NCBI GenBank assembly: GCA_965649825.1
Contig: OZ287699.1
Coordinates: forward strand, 744,001-808,000
DNA: 64,000 nt
Direction: 5' to 3'
Origin: Penicillus capitatus
Taxonomy: Eukaryota; Plantae; Chlorophyta
Shown: positions 49,091 through 60,125 of the stretch, piece after piece
How positions within the stretch are numbered: position 1 is the first letter of the stretch
Layout of the letters: the number at the start of each line of letters is the position of its first letter
Notes under the pieces: generated by a model
The model's database searches: none
Seen by the model: only the letters and a program-made list of their open reading frames with translations
What the model was told of the DNA's origin: nothing
Position numbers and translations under genes: made by a program

Positions 49091-50325
49091 ATGCAAAGGC
49101 ATCCGATTATCACGATGCGTTCCTGCACGGAACTCTCGGCGGAGTTCGTGCTGTCCGGCACAGATACTTCCGTCGCCAATGCTCTGAGGCGCATCATGAT
49201 TGGCGAGATACCGACGATCGCGATCGAACTCGTCGAAATCGAGACCAACACGACCGTGCTGACGGACGACTTCCTGGCACATCGACTGGGACTCATCCCC
49301 CTGTCCTCTCTGCGTCGACATCCTCCGTCCCTGCGACGTGGGTTCTGATGGGACGTCTCTGTTCAGAGGCCGCCAAGATGGTGGGCGCCTACGACAACGC
49401 CGAGGAAGACATCGACGAGATCGAGCTGTTTCTGGACGTGCACTGCACGGAGGAAGAGCGAACGGTGCGGTCATGAGCATCGCTGCATCGCTGCACGGGG
49501 ATGCTGTTCGCAGATGCTGGTCACATCGAAGGACTTGTCCGTGGGGACGCCCAACGTCGACGTGGTCCCCATCGGCCATCCGGGGTTCTGCTTCGACGAC
49601 ATAGCGAACATCCCGGTCACCGTCGTCAAACTGAGACAGGGACAGTCGCTCAAACTGAGGGCCATCGCCGTGAAGGTTCGCTCTCTTGTGAACTCCATGC
49701 ATCGCCCGTGATCAGGTTTCTGCGCGAGACCAGGGAATCGGGAGAGACCACAGCAAGTGGAGCCCCGTCTCCGCCGCTTCCTTCACGAACATGCCCGAGA
49801 TTGCCTTCAACGAATACGTCCTGGCCGGATGGTCCCCACAGCGCAAGATCGAGCTGTTCGAGGAGCTGGCCGAGTGCTTTCCGGTCGGGCGAAACCCCTT
49901 CTGCCTCGACCTGCCGGCCAAAAAGGTCGGTTCTCTCTGCCACACCCACCCGCCGACAAGTGCAGACCGACTGCCGCAGATGATTCTCAAGCCGGAGCTG
50001 TACAACTTTGACGACGCGCACGTTGCCGTGCTGGAGAAGCACGGGGTCCCGGACCTCTTCAAGATACAGTCGGTGCCGGGCACCTTCATCTTCAAAGTGC
50101 GTGTCCGCGATCAGATGCCGACGCGTTGCGATCTTCCTGTGCCGCACGCAGCTGGAGACGACCGGCGTGCTCGACGCCGCCGAAGTGCTGATGCAGTCCA
50201 TCGACATCCTGGCGTCGAAGCTGAAGGACATTCGGCGAGCGATCAAGGCGGAGGCGCAGGGGAGCGACGGTGTTCCGATGCAGATGGACGAGGGACTTCA
50301 GGGCGGATACGACGACGGATACTGA
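49091..50325 (+). CDS. RPB3: RNA polymerase II subunit RPB3 (diverged)
   Basis: [99 protein letters not shown]. Confidence 0.92.
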
Positions 50326-50441
50326 CGCGTGTAGACGACGTCGCGTTCGATTCCCGCTGCCGCAGACAGACAGAGAGTCGGCTCTCAAAACATTACTCAG
50401 TGTGCGAACAGAGAGGTGTCCGTCGGAACGCAGGCGTGCGT

Positions 50442-51415
50442 CTAAGATCCCATGAAAACGCAGTCCGGGAACTGCAGTCTCGCGTCGTCCAGTGAGCGGC
50501 CCTGCTCTTCGTCTTGCCAGAAGTTGATCACCTGCGTGGCCCGGTTCAGCAGCAGGATCTGGGCATAGCGACAGAAGCGTCAGTGCGCAGTCGTTCGGCT
50601 CGGCGCGTCACTCGCCTGATCCGTTTCGTCGATCCACGCGTTCTCGCTCAGCCTCTGCCGGAGCTCCTCCCAGGCATCGGTCCTCGGCCAGATGAAGTAC
50701 TCCGTCAGCGGAATGCGCTTTCTCTACACGCACAAGGTCGCTTGGTCACAAGGAATGGACGGCGTTCGGATCGCTTGCGTTTCCGAAGATCTGGTCCACG
50801 GCGAACGCGATGTACTTGTCCAGCCACAGGAAGCTCAGCGCGAAGCCCTTCGGGCATCCGGATGGCGGGTCCTGATCGGTGTCGGCCGAGATCTCTGCCT
50901 CCTCCTCGTCGTCGGCATCCGTCTCCTCCTCCTCCTCCTCGTCCAGCAGCGCCTCCATCGCTTCGCTGGGATCCGCGGCTTCGTCCTCGTCTCCGCCGAG
51001 GTCGGCTCCGAACCCCATCACCTCGTCGTCGTCGAGGTCGTCATCGTCGTCTCCGTAAAGATCCTCGTCGATGTACTGGACAGGCGAGAGCGATCGCAGC
51101 GAGTACGGGGCGAGATCGCCGTACGGAGAATCGAAGGACCGAGCGCCTTGGCTGTCGAGGGATCGTTCTCCGACGGCGATGGGAGATGAGGCATCCCGGA
51201 GCAAGGGACGCCGATCGCGGCCACTCCGGTACCCTTCTCGATGCAGCGACCTGTCGGATCACACCACGTCGGGGCGGAAGAACGACTTCGGTGGCTGCGC
51301 CGACAGCCTCGACAAGCGGGCGACCGGGCGACCGAACGCAGTCGCTGACCTTCGACGGCCGGACGCCGCGAAGCACGGGCACCGTGCGAACGGACGCGTT
51401 GACGAGCGGACCCAT
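50442..51415 (-). CDS. PSRP3: Plastid-specific ribosomal protein 3 (Ycf65 family)
   Basis: [21 protein letters not shown]...[18 protein letters not shown]...[13 protein letters not shown]. Acidic N-terminal extension; GC-AG intron at 50559-50615. Confidence 0.92.
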
Positions 51416-51535
51416 GACCGAATCGATTTACACTCCGGAACAGGGCGATGCGTAACAAACTACTCTCAGTGAAAGACCGAGCGACGGCAGTGATGTGACC
51501 GACGTCCGCGGTGCCGCATCGCCCGACCTCGCGAT

Positions 51536-51947
51536 CTAGGACGTGAAGAACCCTCCGCTCTCGTTTCGAGCGTAGCCCTGGAGCCACATGCGCCGACGTC
51601 CCGTCTGCAGAGTGGGGCGAACGGCTGCACCGGGTTGCGCTCGACCGGAGGATTCCGATCTCTCGGGTACCGAGATGCGTCCACCCTCACCACTCGCAGG
51701 GTGCTCTGGTAGGAGACGTCGTCGCCGCTGGCCAGTCTCTGCAGCGCCTGTCGATGCGCCTCCTCGTCCGCGGACGCCTCGTGCGCGATCCACTGCAGCG
51801 GAACGCACGTCGACGTCCCGATGCGATGATCCACACGTGCCTCGCCCCTTCCCGCATGGCGCTGGGTCGCACGGTAGTTCTTCACCTGTCGGGACGGATC
51901 GCGCCCGTGCGACGCGCTTCGATTCGAACCTGCTGCCGGACGTCCAT
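51536..51947 (-). CDS. Small multi-exon hypothetical protein
   Basis: Spliced reading MDVRQQ-VKNYRATQRHAG...WIAHEASADEEAHRQALQRLASGDDVSYQSTL...MWLQGYARNESGGFFTS* with GT-AG boundaries. Family not identified. Confidence 0.55.
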
Positions 51948-52250
51948 GCCGATCGATGCGTCGCCGCCGAACGATCCGCGTCCTGGAAATGGATCGACGA
52001 TGACGCGACAGTCTCATTTCGTCGGTCTCGGCGTCCTTGATCGTCCATTACGAAGGGCGACAACTGTTTCGTCCTTCTCCATCGAGCGCGAACTCTCGTC
52101 TCGCCGATCGTTTATTTTCAGAGCGCGGCAGTCTGCGTTCGAACCCAATCGACCGCTGTCCGCATTCGTTGTCTTTGTTCGGCGTCTCCCTGCTCGTCTT
52201 CCTTCCCGTCTGGCGTTGTCGGTGCGTTTGTTCGTTCGCGTCCGAGTTCG

Positions 52251-55200
52251 ATGTCGGGCAGAGGAGGCGGAGGACGCGGTGGCTATGGAGGTAGGCTCGC
52301 ACGCCTTCGCGCTCGGCGGCACACGCGTCTCGGCACCAACTGACGAACGCCGAAGGCGAACCGCGTCCTTCTGACGGTGGACGGATCTGTTGTAGGTCGT
52401 GGCAGGGACCGTGGCAGGGACCGCGGAAGAGGTCGCTTCGGCGGAAGAGGAGGAGGTGCGCCGTTCGCGCCGTCGCTCGTGCTGCTTCCTCACCGTTGTC
52501 TCGCGTTGAAGGTCGCGGCGACTTCCGCGCCGTGCCGGAGGCCGAAGGGCGTCGCCAGGTCGAGCAGATCGCGTCGTCTTTTCGCATCGAACAGCCGTGC
52601 ATCTCGGTAGGCAACCCCGCTGCCGCATCGCCGCGATCCGAAGGCGTGTGCCTCGCAGGAGAGCATCGACAGTCCGGAGGCGCCGTCCTATCCGCCGGGC
52701 ACCATCGGCACGCAGGCCCAGCTCGCGGCGAACTACTTCCAGCTGAACTGTCGGCTGAACAGCGCCTTCCAGTACAACGTGACGATCGGTGAGGCACCTC
52801 GACGCCGGACGAGCTGCAGCGCGTGTGCGTGCGACAGAGTGCGAGTTCAATCAGGGACTGGAGCACCTGCTGCTCGCGGAGCTGGCCAGGAGGGAGGAAT
52901 GGCCTCCGGGGTGGATCTTCGACGGCAAGAACGCCCTCTACACGGCCGGGCAGATCATATCGACCGACGAGCGCGAGGAGACCGTCGAGCTGGAGCAGGG
53001 TCCTAGGTCTCGCCAGTACAAGATCAAGCTGACCCAGACGACCGTGGTGCGCATGAGCCACCTGACGGAGTACGTCCAGCGCAGCCGAGCCGAGTTTCCG
53101 GCAGAACCCGTCCGCGTGCTGGAGATCCTGCTGTCCCACGCCGCGTCCCTGATGCCGGACAGGGTCCTCCACAGGAAGAGCGTCTTCGTCGACGCGCAGG
53201 CCAACAAGCGCGACATCGGACACGGAGCCGAGGTTCGATCCGCTCCGCCGCGATCGGATCCGTGGGCGATTGCTGCTGCTGCAGGCGTGGCTGGGGTACC
53301 ACCAGAGCATCCGTCCCTGCCAGAACGGACTGTTCCTGAACATCGACAGCGCGTGCGCCCCGTTCTACAAGCCGATGCTCGTCTCCGAGTTCATCGCCGA
53401 GATCCTCGGCCAGCAGCACGTCCCGCGAGAGCTCACCAACCAGCAGAAGTCGATCGTCAGAGGCGTCATGAAGAACCTGACGGTGACGCCCTCTCTCGCC
53501 CGCGCGCCGCGCGGAGACGGGCGGCCGCTCTAGGTGAGTCTGGTGCGCGGGAGGATGCGGAAGAAGGTCGTCGGGCTGCTGGATCCGCCGACGCGCCTCA
53601 GCTTCGAGCACAGGGAGCACGGAGAGATCACCGTCGCCGAGTACTACGGGAGGATGGACTGTCCCCTCCACTACCCCGAGCTTCCCTGCCTGGACTGCTC
53701 GAGGGGCAGAAAGGTCTGCTTCCTGCCTCCGGAGTACGCACGGTAACGCCGAGCACCCGCCGCCGGTCGCTTGCTGACGTCGACGGCCGCTTCCCCGCAG
53801 GATCGCCCACGCCCAGTTCGTGAACAAGATCACGGAGCGCCACCAGGAGCAGATGATCCGCTTCGCCGCCCAGAGGCCCGACGAGAAGGAGCGCTACCTG
53901 AACGGCCTGATCAGGGAGGACGCCGACATCAACCGGATGCAGAAGGTCCCGGACTTCCAGCTCTCGGCGCTGGAGCCCGCCATGAAGCAGATCCGCGGCC
54001 GCGTCCTCCCGTCCCCCTTCCTGTCCTACAAGGAGCCGGCCTGCTTCGACGTCGGCACCGAGGGGCAGTGGAACCTCGGGGGGATGACGATGAACTTCTT
54101 CAAGGCGAAGAAGCTCAAGTCCTGGGCGCTGCTCTCGCTGGCGCAGGAGCGCTACATCAACAGGCCCGGCGAGAACGGCATCCAGTCGTTCCTGCACGAG
54201 CTCTACGAGGCCCTGAGGGCGCACACGGTCATCCCGTCCTCGGTCGACCTGTCGAGGCCGCCGATCGTCTACACCAGCGACTCCAACTTCATCCAGGACA
54301 TGGAGCAGGCCAAGGCGCGGGCGCGTGATGCCTACGGCAGGGATCCGGACATCATCCTCTGTCTCATCCCCAGGAGAAGTGCGTGCTCTCATCCGCGCTG
54401 CCCCGATGGGACGCCTTCTGTGCCTCCGCAGATACGCGCCTGTACAAGATCGTCAAGCGGACGTCGGACGTCCACGTCGGCATTCCGACGCAGTGCTTCG
54501 CGGGGGACAAGTCCGGAGTCGGCGACAATCGGCCTCCCAGGGGACGCATGCAGTACTGCGCCAACCTGGCGCTCAAGATCAACGTGAAGGTATCCCCCTT
54601 CCCCTCTGCTCTCTCCGCAGAACGCACAGATCGATGCTCCGTAGGTGGGCGGCACCAACTCGGTCCTGCTGGGGACGACGCAGTGCGGACTGCCCATGGT
54701 GCACCAGCGCCGACCCTACATCGTGCTGGGGGCGGACGTGTCGCACGCCTCGCCCGGATCGCATCTCTCGTCGATCGCCGCCGTGGTGGGCAGCGTCGAT
54801 CCCATGGCGTCCCGCTACTCCAGCCGCATCACGTCGCAGCCGCCGCGCGAGGAGATCATCATCGACATGAAGGAGTCCGTCAAGGGACTCCTGCGCGACT
54901 TCTACGAGCACAACCACCAGAAGAAGCCGGAGTCCATCGTCGTGTTCCGGGACGGCGTGTCGGAGGGCTTCTTCAGCCGGGTGCTGACGCACGAGTACAG
55001 GGCCATCCGCGAGGCCTGCGGCGAGATGGGCGATCCGGCGGCGGACTACGCGCCGCCCATCACCTACATCATCATCCAGAAGAGGCACCACACGCGTCTG
55101 TTTCCGAAGGGGCAGAACGTCGCCCACCGGAGCGGGAACGTGAAGCCCGGGACGGTGGTGGACTCGGAGATCACCAGTCCCTACGGCCACGACTTCTTTC

Positions 55201-55505
55201 TCTGCTCCCAGGCGGGAATCCAGGGAACCGTGCGCCCGGCGCACTACCACGTGCTGGTGGACGAGAACAGATTCGGTTCGGACGCCATCCAGGTCATGTG
55301 CTACTGGATGTGCTACATGCAGTGCAGATGCACGAAGCCGATCTCGGTGCCGGCTCCGGCGAACTACGCCCATCTGGCGGCGCTGCGTGCGAGGCTGATC
55401 GCGGGCGAGGAGACGGACGACGAGACGAGCAGCATCGCATCGGGATCCGGGCCGTCGGCCGGACCCGCTTTCGGAGCTTCCCAGGCCAAGATGTACTACG
55501 TCTGA
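52251..55505 (+). CDS. AGO: Eukaryotic Argonaute (RG-rich N-terminus, N/PAZ/MID/PIWI)
   Basis: MSGRGGGGRGGYGGRGRDRGRDRGRGRFGGRGG; GTIGTQAQLAANYF; WLGYHQSIRPCQNGLFLNID; PAZ ITVAEYY...LHYPELPCL; MID LYKIVKR...PTQC...NLALKINVK; PIWI GADVSH, REEII, VFRDGVSEG, QKRHHTRLF, PANYAHLAA. About nine short introns. Confidence 0.98.
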
Positions 55506-57145
55506 TGCCCGTGCGTCGGCGGCATCTATCGATCGGCCTTTTTGACAGGACTTATTGATCCTGTTCTCCTCGGTACCTTTTTTTCGTGTTCTCGGCGCAG
55601 CTCTAGTCGCGGAAATCATCGACGACGTGCACTTATCTCTTGGCCGATGTGCTGTTGAGAGTCTTTGACTTCGATAGTGAGGGGGATGGATACCAGTCGG
55701 ATGGATGGCGATGTCATTTGTCAACGTACTGTTTTTTGGCGATTTTCGATCGTGGGCAAGCAGAAGGGTGTTCTTAAAAGGGAGAGGGAAATGAATGGAG
55801 TGTTTAAGAAATGAGATATCTATCGGGAGTCGTCTAAGTGTGTTTGTATCGTGGGAACATTTGGCCTGTAGCAATACACGAAATAAGGAAGGCGATACTC
55901 GAAGAAAGGATTTATACCGTCCTGAAAGTTGGGGCGGTAAGAGACAGGACGCGTCGAATTTCTGATTCGCACTGACACCGACATCTACTTGCTGCTTCTT
56001 CCTCCTAGAGGAACGGAGTCCAGCATTTCTATCTTCTGCGACGGCACAATGTCGGCGTTTTTCTGATGGTGCAGGAAGTGTGGGGGTTCGAATCGACTTC
56101 GAATCGTTGACGTCTGCTACGTTGTGCAGAGATTGTCGACAAGCAGAATATGACATCGAACGATGAACGAAACAACAGCGGCTTCAAGTGGACGATGCGA
56201 CCCTCTGTCTGGTTGTCCCTATGCGGCGAGCGTCTCTTTCGACGGTCATTCGCCGAAGGAAAGGCGGAATGAACCCCGTAGAAAGGTTGTTGACGATAGA
56301 GTCATTTCTTGAAGTCGATGTGCGCAGCATATCAATTTCTGTCGACTGATTGCCAAACAAGAGGACAGATGTGCGTTCAATTCCGAAAAGGTCGATTCGG
56401 ACGGATGATAACATGTTGTCAAAAGTGACTAATACAATGGTATGACATGGATCAGATACTCTGTGTCCTGAAAGCAAGTCACGTTCGAGTTATTTTACGA
56501 GTTTCCAAAGGGTCTGCAATTTTGAATGACCTTCATTGTCAAATTGTTTGGCATAATATTCTCCCCTTGTCATCTGATCAACAGACTCTGCTGCCTGATC
56601 TGTATCGTTTCAGTCGAACAGATCTCCAACAGAGTATTGTAAACAGCTAGAAGCCGCACGGTCACGCAGAACTGTTGTGGAGAGGATAAACGAATTGATC
56701 GAGCGCCTCAGTGCAAATCCTCTCTTTATGAGTTTAAGAATCGAACAAACACTTCTCAAATGCATGGTAGTGTTGAAAGACAACAATGTTTTAACTCAGC
56801 ATTCGCGTAAAATACTCTTCTTGGTTGCAAGAAATATGCAACGCAGTCGGACTTAATTAAGTACGACATGCCATCCGTTTGTTGAAGGATCTTTCGGCCA
56901 TCAAAGCAATCAATTGTCTAGTCTATCCAATTCTAATTTGGTATTGATCAATGATTTTCCTTCGAGGGTAAATGGTTGCGATGCCTCTGGCTCTTTTGGG
57001 AGCTGGATCCACTTTGTCAGGGTAGAAGAGCACTTGGTGGATTCTTCATCTTTGATGTAATCTAGGTGATGTGGAGCTTTCATCTGTTAGTGGACGTGTG
57101 GACTGGTGCACGTATCAGGTCACATCACGTTTCGCTCATCGTTGA

Positions 57146-57367
57146 GTGATGTCAATCGTCGACAGGAAATGGAGTGAAAGGGATCTGAAGGGGCATGAGA
57201 AGGCCGCAATCGCCTTCATGTTCTTCAATTTCCTCCTTTCCTTCAGTGGGACGTTTTTGGCAGTAAGGGCCCTGCAGGACGTGCGATCGAAGCAGAAGGA
57301 GGAGTACAATCGGTTGTCCGTCATCTTAGACAATCTGCAGTTCGAACCAGACAGTGATAGACTCTAG
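57146..57367 (+). CDS. Possible small single-pass membrane protein
   Basis: 73-aa ORF with one hydrophobic helix (AAIAFMFFNFLLSFSGTFLAV) followed by a charged tail; locally raised GC3. Confidence 0.4.
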   Translation: MMSIVDRKWSERDLKGHEKAAIAFMFFNFLLSFSGTFLAVRALQDVRSKQKEEYNRLSVILDNLQFEPDSDRL

Positions 57368-58497
57368 TGCTCTTCGTAAAAATTCGCCGTTTATTATCCT
57401 TCTTCTGAAGCTCCTCCACCTGAGATTCCTCAATCTCCTCACACTTGGATATGACAATCGACGACGTGGGCTTTCCACTCTCCTCGTTTCCTGTGGACAG
57501 AGTCATCCATATCTCTCATGGTGCGACATCAATCACCTTGTGCTTCGATCCTCGCCAACAGATCCATCCCATGTAGCACTTTGCCAAAAACAGATCTCTG
57601 CGTACAGAAAAATGAGACACAAAGGGGTCACCGGAAGAAACCTTCTGATCAAACTCCGGCAAAGGATTGAACGAGAGCATGAAGACTGCGATTCCCCGAT
57701 TGGGATCGATACTCAGCAGACCTGGACCAACATGCTTCAATCCCATGCGTTCTGCCTGCGTAACAGAATCCAGACGTAAACCAGAAAGGGCACCATCGAC
57801 AGATCGTACCTTTAAAGTCTCTTCATAAAAGCTATCGTCTTCGTTCGCGGCTCTGTCTATCAGTCCGAACTCTGCATACCGAGCAGGGTACACATTTCCA
57901 AACCGGGCGTTTTCAAGATCGTCCTCCTCTGCATAGAGACCATGCATCGTCAACCCGCTATGCTTGACTCCGGCTCTTACGGCTCTCTAAATCTTGGCGT
58001 CCATTCACAAAAGACAGAGAATTCTGCACAGCTTCCGGAGCCTCCTTGCCAAACAGGCTATAGATCAGGATTCCAGCATCTTTGCTGTCACTTTTTATGT
58101 CGACCTATGCCTGCAATCGCACGATATTGCGTCAGGGCTTCATCGGATATCGATCAGACCCACTGAGTGATCGTCGTATCTAAGATATCCTCCTCCAACA
58201 GATGATCAAAGCTTTCGTATCCCATAAATCTCTTCACCTATGCAAGTGTGAGACGCTTGGAATCGTCTATCTCCTTCGAAGCATCCATCCATCCATGAAC
58301 CAGTAGGACCTAAAGTATGGAGGGAGAGTAAAAGCCGGCCGGATGGCTGCAATACGACCATCGATATCGACTTCTTCGTCCGAAGTCCCGGAGAGGTGAG
58401 ATGTGTTATCGATCGAAAGGTCAAGCTGCCTGAGATACACCTCCAACTTAAGAGACTTCTTCGAGAAGCTCTTGGCAACGTGACGTTCCACTGTCAC
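57321..58497 (-). CDS. Cyclophilin-type peptidyl-prolyl isomerase-like protein (divergent)
   Basis: Spliced exons AGILIYSLFGKEAPEAVQN, LKHVGPGLLSI, FMLSFNPLPEFDQK-RSVFGKVLHGMDLLARIEAQG-NEESGKPTSSIVISKCEEI. The 5' end is unresolved. Confidence 0.75.
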
Positions 58498-58739
58498 CTC
58501 ATCCGTATCCAGTATGCATTGTATTCGATCCTGAAGCTTAGACCGCGCTAGTATTGCTCCGAACTGTCTAAACCTTCTTCTTGCGAATCGTTCCTGACGA
58601 TACAGTTTTTAGTAGGGCGTAAGCCTGTATCCGTAACCCTCTCAGAACCGATCGTCCTTGACGTTTCAGATAAAGACTGCGTAGGGAGTGCGAGAGCGCA
58701 AATGGCATTTCGAACTTCGCAGGGACAGAGTCAAAGGGA

Positions 58740-59460
58740 ATCGCGCACTAACTGATCGATTAATCGCGTAAGCGACACGAAATCGACACGACAAGCACGA
58801 CCGTCGTTGTACCGAAAATCGAACTATCGATTTCTAATCGGTGTACTTTGCGTTTACCGAATACCAGAGGGCCGGTCTTTGATCAATCGATTGCGAAAAA
58901 CATCAAGATCGATTGCAATCTGGAGACCGGCCGGCGATCGCACTTCTATCGAAACTTGATTATGATCAGGTATGACTAGTAGCTCATTCAGAAGGCATAG
59001 CGATTTCGATCGCGTAGTCAGAAATCGATCGAAGCGCGCTCTTCGTGGTTGAAAATGCGATGTACTGATCGTGGGTTTTGAAGTGTCAGGAAGACGGCTT
59101 TCTTCGTAACAGCGACAGTCATTGTAGAGATGCTATACGAACATTAATATATCCGTATGTTTCTTTCGTTTGCATGTCCCAAGTCTTCTTTGCCACAGAA
59201 CGTTGTCTAAGACGTAATATATGCGAATGTGTCTTGTTTAACCTTGTTCCAATCTTTTAGCTTTTGTTGTGCAAGCTTAGCGCAGTTAGGACGTATACCA
59301 GCGACAACAAGTTCGTACTGCGTCTGCCTGTTCTTCTAATACTCGCTCATGGTTTCGATCAGGTATGCGCTTTCGCAGACCACTTTGATCGAATCCGATT
59401 GCAGATCGTGACTACACGATTTCGAATCAGAGACATCTGAGGTTTCGTACCAGTTTGTTG
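58740..59460. repeat. ATCGAT-rich decayed dispersed repeat, homolog of 3900-4650
   Basis: Collinear matches to 3900-4650 (see that feature); no intact ORF; dense GATC/ATCGAT palindromes. Confidence 0.5.
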
Positions 59461-59789
59461 TACAATTGATCAGGGTCTAATGAGTCAATCGAAAATGGGA
59501 AACTCGAGACGATTGGCGTGTCGTGATCGGTTAGCCATAGAACAACTCTTGATCTGTTTGTTCACTTGTTGTTGATCGATTTGGACCCACTCAATATCGA
59601 TTCATCGCATTCTTGATTGAATCGAGCGTCCTCCAATGTTTTCGTCTAATCGTCTAAACAGTTTCGATTACACCGAATTAGATGTCAAGAAAATCATTGC
59701 GACTAGCTGAACAATCTCATGACTAACAAGAAAACTATCGATTAACTCCGACACGGAAACTAATTCATCATAATTTTTCGTGTCCTTAA

Positions 59790-60125
59790 AAGACATCCAT
59801 GGTGCTTATGATTTTGCAGACGCATTTCGACTTCATTAATATCTACTTCAATCTTGTCATCTTTATCTTTGGAATCATCTAGAGTTTTGCGCATCGCAAC
59901 TAGTATGTCTCATATCGTCTTCATTGTCTTCTAAAACATGCCTTCAATTCTATTCAACCGATCGTCGACGATTTATGTCTGTCTTTTGACTTATTCTAAA
60001 TCTTGGGTTGTTTCTTTAAAGACAATGTTCATACTATCGAGAATAACAGCTCGGCTCCCTCCCTCACCCTTTTTCGTTTAACTTGTTCTCTAACCTATTG
60101 ATTTGTTCTTTGATCACCGACATCG
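59790..60125 (-). pseudogene. Decayed coiled-coil-coding sequence
   Basis: MSVIKEQINRLENKLNEK...KETTQDLE*VKRQT*IVDDRLNRIEGMF*KTMKTI*DILVAMRKTLDDSKDKDDKIEVDINEVEMRLQ. Four in-frame stops at 59993, 59975, 59933 and 59912. Confidence 0.5.

Noticed and set aside
54591-54643. U12-type intron in AGO (GTATCCCC donor); similarly 9168-9214
   Set aside because: The donors deviate from GTATCCTT, and no convincing TCCTTAAC branch site pairs with a matching donor.
52251-55505. Prokaryotic Argonaute or defence operon
   Set aside because: The gene has spliceosomal introns, an RG-rich N-terminus and eukaryotic AGO motifs; its neighbours are host housekeeping genes.
52014-56156. Long minus-strand ORFs (52048-53343, 53024-53833, 53628-54392, 54579-56156) and alternative plus-frame ORFs
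   Set aside because: Antisense or off-frame shadows of the GC-rich AGO coding sequence, where stop codons are rare; no domains.
56184-57000. Possible plus-strand gene or pseudogene downstream of AGO
   Set aside because: Short protein-like frames (e.g. LEAARSRRTVVERINELIERL) but no recognisable domain or defensible exon structure.
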